The position numbers were made by a program, and so were the translations under genes. This document shows positions 61,440 through 64,000 of a DNA stretch of 64,000 nucleotides, piece by piece. Below the pieces are notes generated by a model that saw only the letters and a list, made by a program, of their open reading frames with translations, did no database searches and was not told where the DNA came from. Position 1 is the stretch's first letter, and every line of letters begins with the position of its first letter. Source of the DNA: Abditibacterium sp. Lineage in GTDB: Bacteria; Armatimonadota; Abditibacteriia; Abditibacteriales; Abditibacteriaceae. The stretch is taken from assembly GCA_965199495.1 (NCBI GenBank), contig CBDASK010000003.1, positions 1,312,001 to 1,376,000 on the forward strand, in the 5' to 3' direction.

Positions 61440-61970
61440 ATGACAATCGTTGAGCGCGTTACTCGCTGGCCTTATTTTTGGGGATTTTTTGTGGGCGGAG
61501 CTGCTTTGCCGCTATTTTATTGGATAAGTTGGGCTTTTTTCTTGTTCATATTTCCGCGAGTTCGCTCGGAGTTGCAAGGCGATTCAATCATTGACGAAGT
61601 TCAATTTTTGGCTATCGGCGCGACTTTTTTGCAACTCTTTCGCGGAGCGTTGCTCGGTTGGGCGACCGAGTTATGGTTTCATGCCCACATGAGCGAATCT
61701 TGGATGGCTCGCCCTTTGGCGATTCTTACGGGCGCCATTGGCATCTGGTTTTTCGGCCCGATGGTGTGGCTCAACTGGAATGCGCTTCCGCTTCTTCTGA
61801 ACCATTATGAAGAAGCACCACGTTTAGCCGAAGCGGTTCATCTCGCCTTTGTTGATGCTGGCTCCTTGCTGTGGTCAATCGCTTTAATACTCGCTGGTGT
61901 TTTTGCGCCTAAACCATCAAAGCGCGGGGGAAAACCGAACCTTGAACAGCGCTTTAGTTCGCAATTCTAA
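61440..61970 (+). CDS. Hypothetical membrane protein
   Basis: About four hydrophobic helices. Confidence 0.65.
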   Translation: MTIVERVTRWPYFWGFFVGGAALPLFYWISWAFFLFIFPRVRSELQGDSIIDEVQFLAIGATFLQLFRGALLGWATELWFHAHMSESWMARPLAILTGAIGIWFFGPMVWLNWNALPLLLNHYEEAPRLAEAVHLAFVDAGSLLWSIALILAGVFAPKPSKRGGKPNLEQRFSSQF

Positions 61971-62394
61971 TCTCCACGCGTCGCCCGTTCCCTTCGATAC
62001 TAATGGCGATATTCCATGTCGCGCGTGGCAGCCACGCCGCGATCATCGAAGGCCACTCGACGACTCGCACGGCATCGGTGCGACCGAAAAAATCTTCCAA
62101 TCCGGTGTCGCGCAGTTCGTCCCAACCCAGATTTTCCATGCGATAGGCGTCCAAATGCAACAACGGCGGTGAGCCAGGATATTCGTTCATCAACACAAAC
62201 GTCGGCGAAGTCACATCTTCCCGAATGCCCAGGGCGCGCGCTAAACCTTGCGTCAGAGTCGTTTTGCCTGCGCCCAATGGGCCGCTCAGCGTCACAAGGT
62301 CGCCGGGCTGGAGACGTGCGCCCAATGCTTCGCCCCACGCGCGCAATGCAGGGGCGTCGGGGAGAAATTGGCTTTGTTGTAAGTCGGGTTGCAT
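61954..62394 (-). CDS. tsaE: tRNA t6A biosynthesis ATPase
   Basis: LSGPLGAGKTT, VTSPTF, HLDAYR, VEW. Confidence 0.95.
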   Translation of the reverse strand: MQPDLQQSQFLPDAPALRAWGEALGARLQPGDLVTLSGPLGAGKTTLTQGLARALGIREDVTSPTFVLMNEYPGSPPLLHLDAYRMENLGWDELRDTGLEDFFGRTDAVRVVEWPSMIAAWLPRATWNIAISIEGNGRRVEIRIAN

Positions 62395-62443
62395 CAAAAA
62401 AGGGAAATCTATCGAAATGGCCAAAACGCGGTAAGTAAAAAAA

Positions 62444-62473
62444 TTGACAAAGTTTGCGGCGTAAACCTACAAT
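62444..62473 (+). promoter_or_regulatory. Sigma70-type promoter
   Basis: TTGACA-18 nt-TACAAT preceded by an A-tract. Confidence 0.6.
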
Positions 62474-62689
62474 TTATCAGGGGATGCGAGCGCAATCATG
62501 GCGCCAAAAAGTTGAGTTAAGGCCAAGGCTATGCAAGTAGTGGAAAAGTGTGGAATAACTTGAGCAAGCCGTGACTGTGGCTGATTTGGCGATTTCGCAT
62601 CCAAAGTTTGGCAGAGTTGTCCCATTGTTAGCTTTTTGGCTTCGAGTAAACGCGCATTTGCGCAATTTGTCGGTGTTTCAGGAAAATCT

Positions 62690-63652
62690 ATGATCTCTCG
62701 TCTTCGGCCCTGTGGCCCTCTTCGCACTTCGCGTTTGCGCACCTCGCGCGCGCTGGGCTTGCTGCCCGTTTTGGCGCTTTCGGGCGCGTTGCTTTTGAGT
62801 TCTGCCGCGCACGCGCAGACGACCATCACCAAAGATGGCAGTTCCGCCGTCGGTTTCGTGCCCGGCTCGCCCACGCGCGCCGGAGCCGTCACGGTTGTGG
62901 CGGCTGCCGTTGATACGTCGGGCGATGCTGAAGTCGCCAAGCGCGCGCTGGCTTATGCCAACCAAGCGCTCAAAGCCACGCCGGGTTACAGCCCGATGGC
63001 CGATTCGGATTACAAACCGCTCAGCGAAAAGCTGGCCAAGGAGGCCACCAAAACCGATTGGGGCTGGCCCTTCACCGCGAGCGATTACCAGAAAATCGGC
63101 AAGCTGGGCAAAACGCCCAACGCCATGACGATCACGGTTTCGCCGACGGGCAACGGCTACGACGCGGTCGCCGAAATGTATGACACCGCGCGCGGCGCTC
63201 TCGTTGGCTATGGCAAAGCCAGCGCGACTGGCGATGATGCATTGCAAAATTCCATCGGTGACGCAGTGACGCAGTTGGGCGCAACCGTCACGCTCGATGG
63301 CATCGTGATTTCCAAGCCCAACGGTTATCTGGCGCGTCTGTCGCTGGGCACGCTGGCGGGCGCGCGCGGCGGGGCGCGCGTCGAATATTTGGACGGCGCA
63401 GGCAACCCGATTGCTTATGGCACCATTTTCGACATCGCGCCCGGCGAAGCTCTGGCGACTGTCGCGCCCGAAACGGCCTATTCGCAATTGTTCGTCAATA
63501 CCAAAGTGCGTTTGGTCAACAACCCGACGCTCAAACGCGCCCTGCCCGATTTTACCAAACAGTCCGAGCAAGAATTCAACAAATTCCAGAACCAATTCGG
63601 CGTGGCTGTGGCGGCGGCGGCGGCGATTTATTATATCGCGGGCGGCAAATAA
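62690..63652 (+). CDS. Hypothetical exported protein with hydrophobic C-terminus
   Basis: Signal peptide ending AHA|Q; host-like codon use; followed by a terminator. Confidence 0.75.
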   Translation: MISRLRPCGPLRTSRLRTSRALGLLPVLALSGALLLSSAAHAQTTITKDGSSAVGFVPGSPTRAGAVTVVAAAVDTSGDAEVAKRALAYANQALKATPGYSPMADSDYKPLSEKLAKEATKTDWGWPFTASDYQKIGKLGKTPNAMTITVSPTGNGYDAVAEMYDTARGALVGYGKASATGDDALQNSIGDAVTQLGATVTLDGIVISKPNGYLARLSLGTLAGARGGARVEYLDGAGNPIAYGTIFDIAPGEALATVAPETAYSQLFVNTKVRLVNNPTLKRALPDFTKQSEQEFNKFQNQFGVAVAAAAAIYYIAGGK

Positions 63653-63672
63653 ACTTAAAAGCCAACACTTCT

Positions 63673-63716
63673 CAAACGTTTCGAGGGTGAAAAACCCTCG
63701 GAACGTTTTGTTTTTT
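63673..63716 (+). terminator. Intrinsic terminator
   Basis: AAACGTTTCGAGGGT-GAAAA-ACCCTCGGAACGTTT followed by a T-tract. Confidence 0.85.
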
Positions 63717-64000
63717 GCTGCTTTTCACGGGTAAATAAAAATAACAGAGTTGACTTGCGTGCGTTTACGGTAAAATAAAAGGAAGAAACATCGCGTTCCT
63801 TTCAACCAACGAGCGAATCGGGCCTGATGGCAGTTGCGGCAATTGACAGCAGCCACGGCGCGTTCTAAAATTTAGACACCTCGCTTTTTCCGTTTTCAAG
63901 GCGCTCTTGCAAAAGGGCGACGATGCGAAGGACGGAATGGGCGCGCGATTCCAATCTGTTTCATCGAACGTCAGTAACTCAAACAACTATGCTATTTCTG

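Noticed and set aside
603..63595. Long antisense ORFs (e.g. 603-1859, 14128-15105, 23980-25113, 59126-60133, 62678-63595)
   Set aside because: Shadow frames of well-supported genes in GC-rich DNA, with no recognisable motifs.
63750..63776. Promoter TTGACT...TAAAAT
   Set aside because: The 15-nt spacer is too short and no clear downstream gene lies within the window.
1229..63860. CAGCCACG as a Chi or KOPS site
   Set aside because: Orientation is balanced (22 vs 18) in the window, whereas Chi and KOPS are strongly polarised; disfavoured but not formally excluded.

Overview
Bacterial chromosomal window, GC-rich for most of its length. Gene content (H-X9-DG prepilin-type protein, SLH-like/beta-barrel and LptD-like envelope genes) suggests an Abditibacteriota/Armatimonadota-like organism; this is inference. 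1-29.5 kb is mixed core genes: AAA tail plus zincin-VWA, PilB/GspE ATPase, PfkB kinase, cysC, ubiX/ubiA-like, RNase P RNA (rnpB), HD, TPR and macro proteins, mtaB-like, two outer-membrane barrels, an atypical DExH helicase, an aldo/keto reductase and a YpfJ-type peptidase. 29.9-55.8 kb is a large surface-polysaccharide locus (wzc, wza, wzm, wzt, many glycosyl-, methyl- and acetyltransferases, asnB-type amidotransferase) with an AT-rich core and one decayed methyltransferase. 56-64 kb holds a GH2 beta-mannosidase, a TPR protein, tsaE and hypothetical genes. Intergenic DNA carries several families of long, partly nested palindromes (REP/MITE-like). The most striking unexplained signal is a non-palindromic motif, RCAGCCACGNCG (core CAGCCACG, about 40 exact copies by hand count). 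It occurs at about one per kb on both strands and in several reading frames of host-like DNA but is nearly absent from the polysaccharide island, a pattern like a DNA uptake sequence. No tRNA, rRNA, CRISPR array or transposase was seen.
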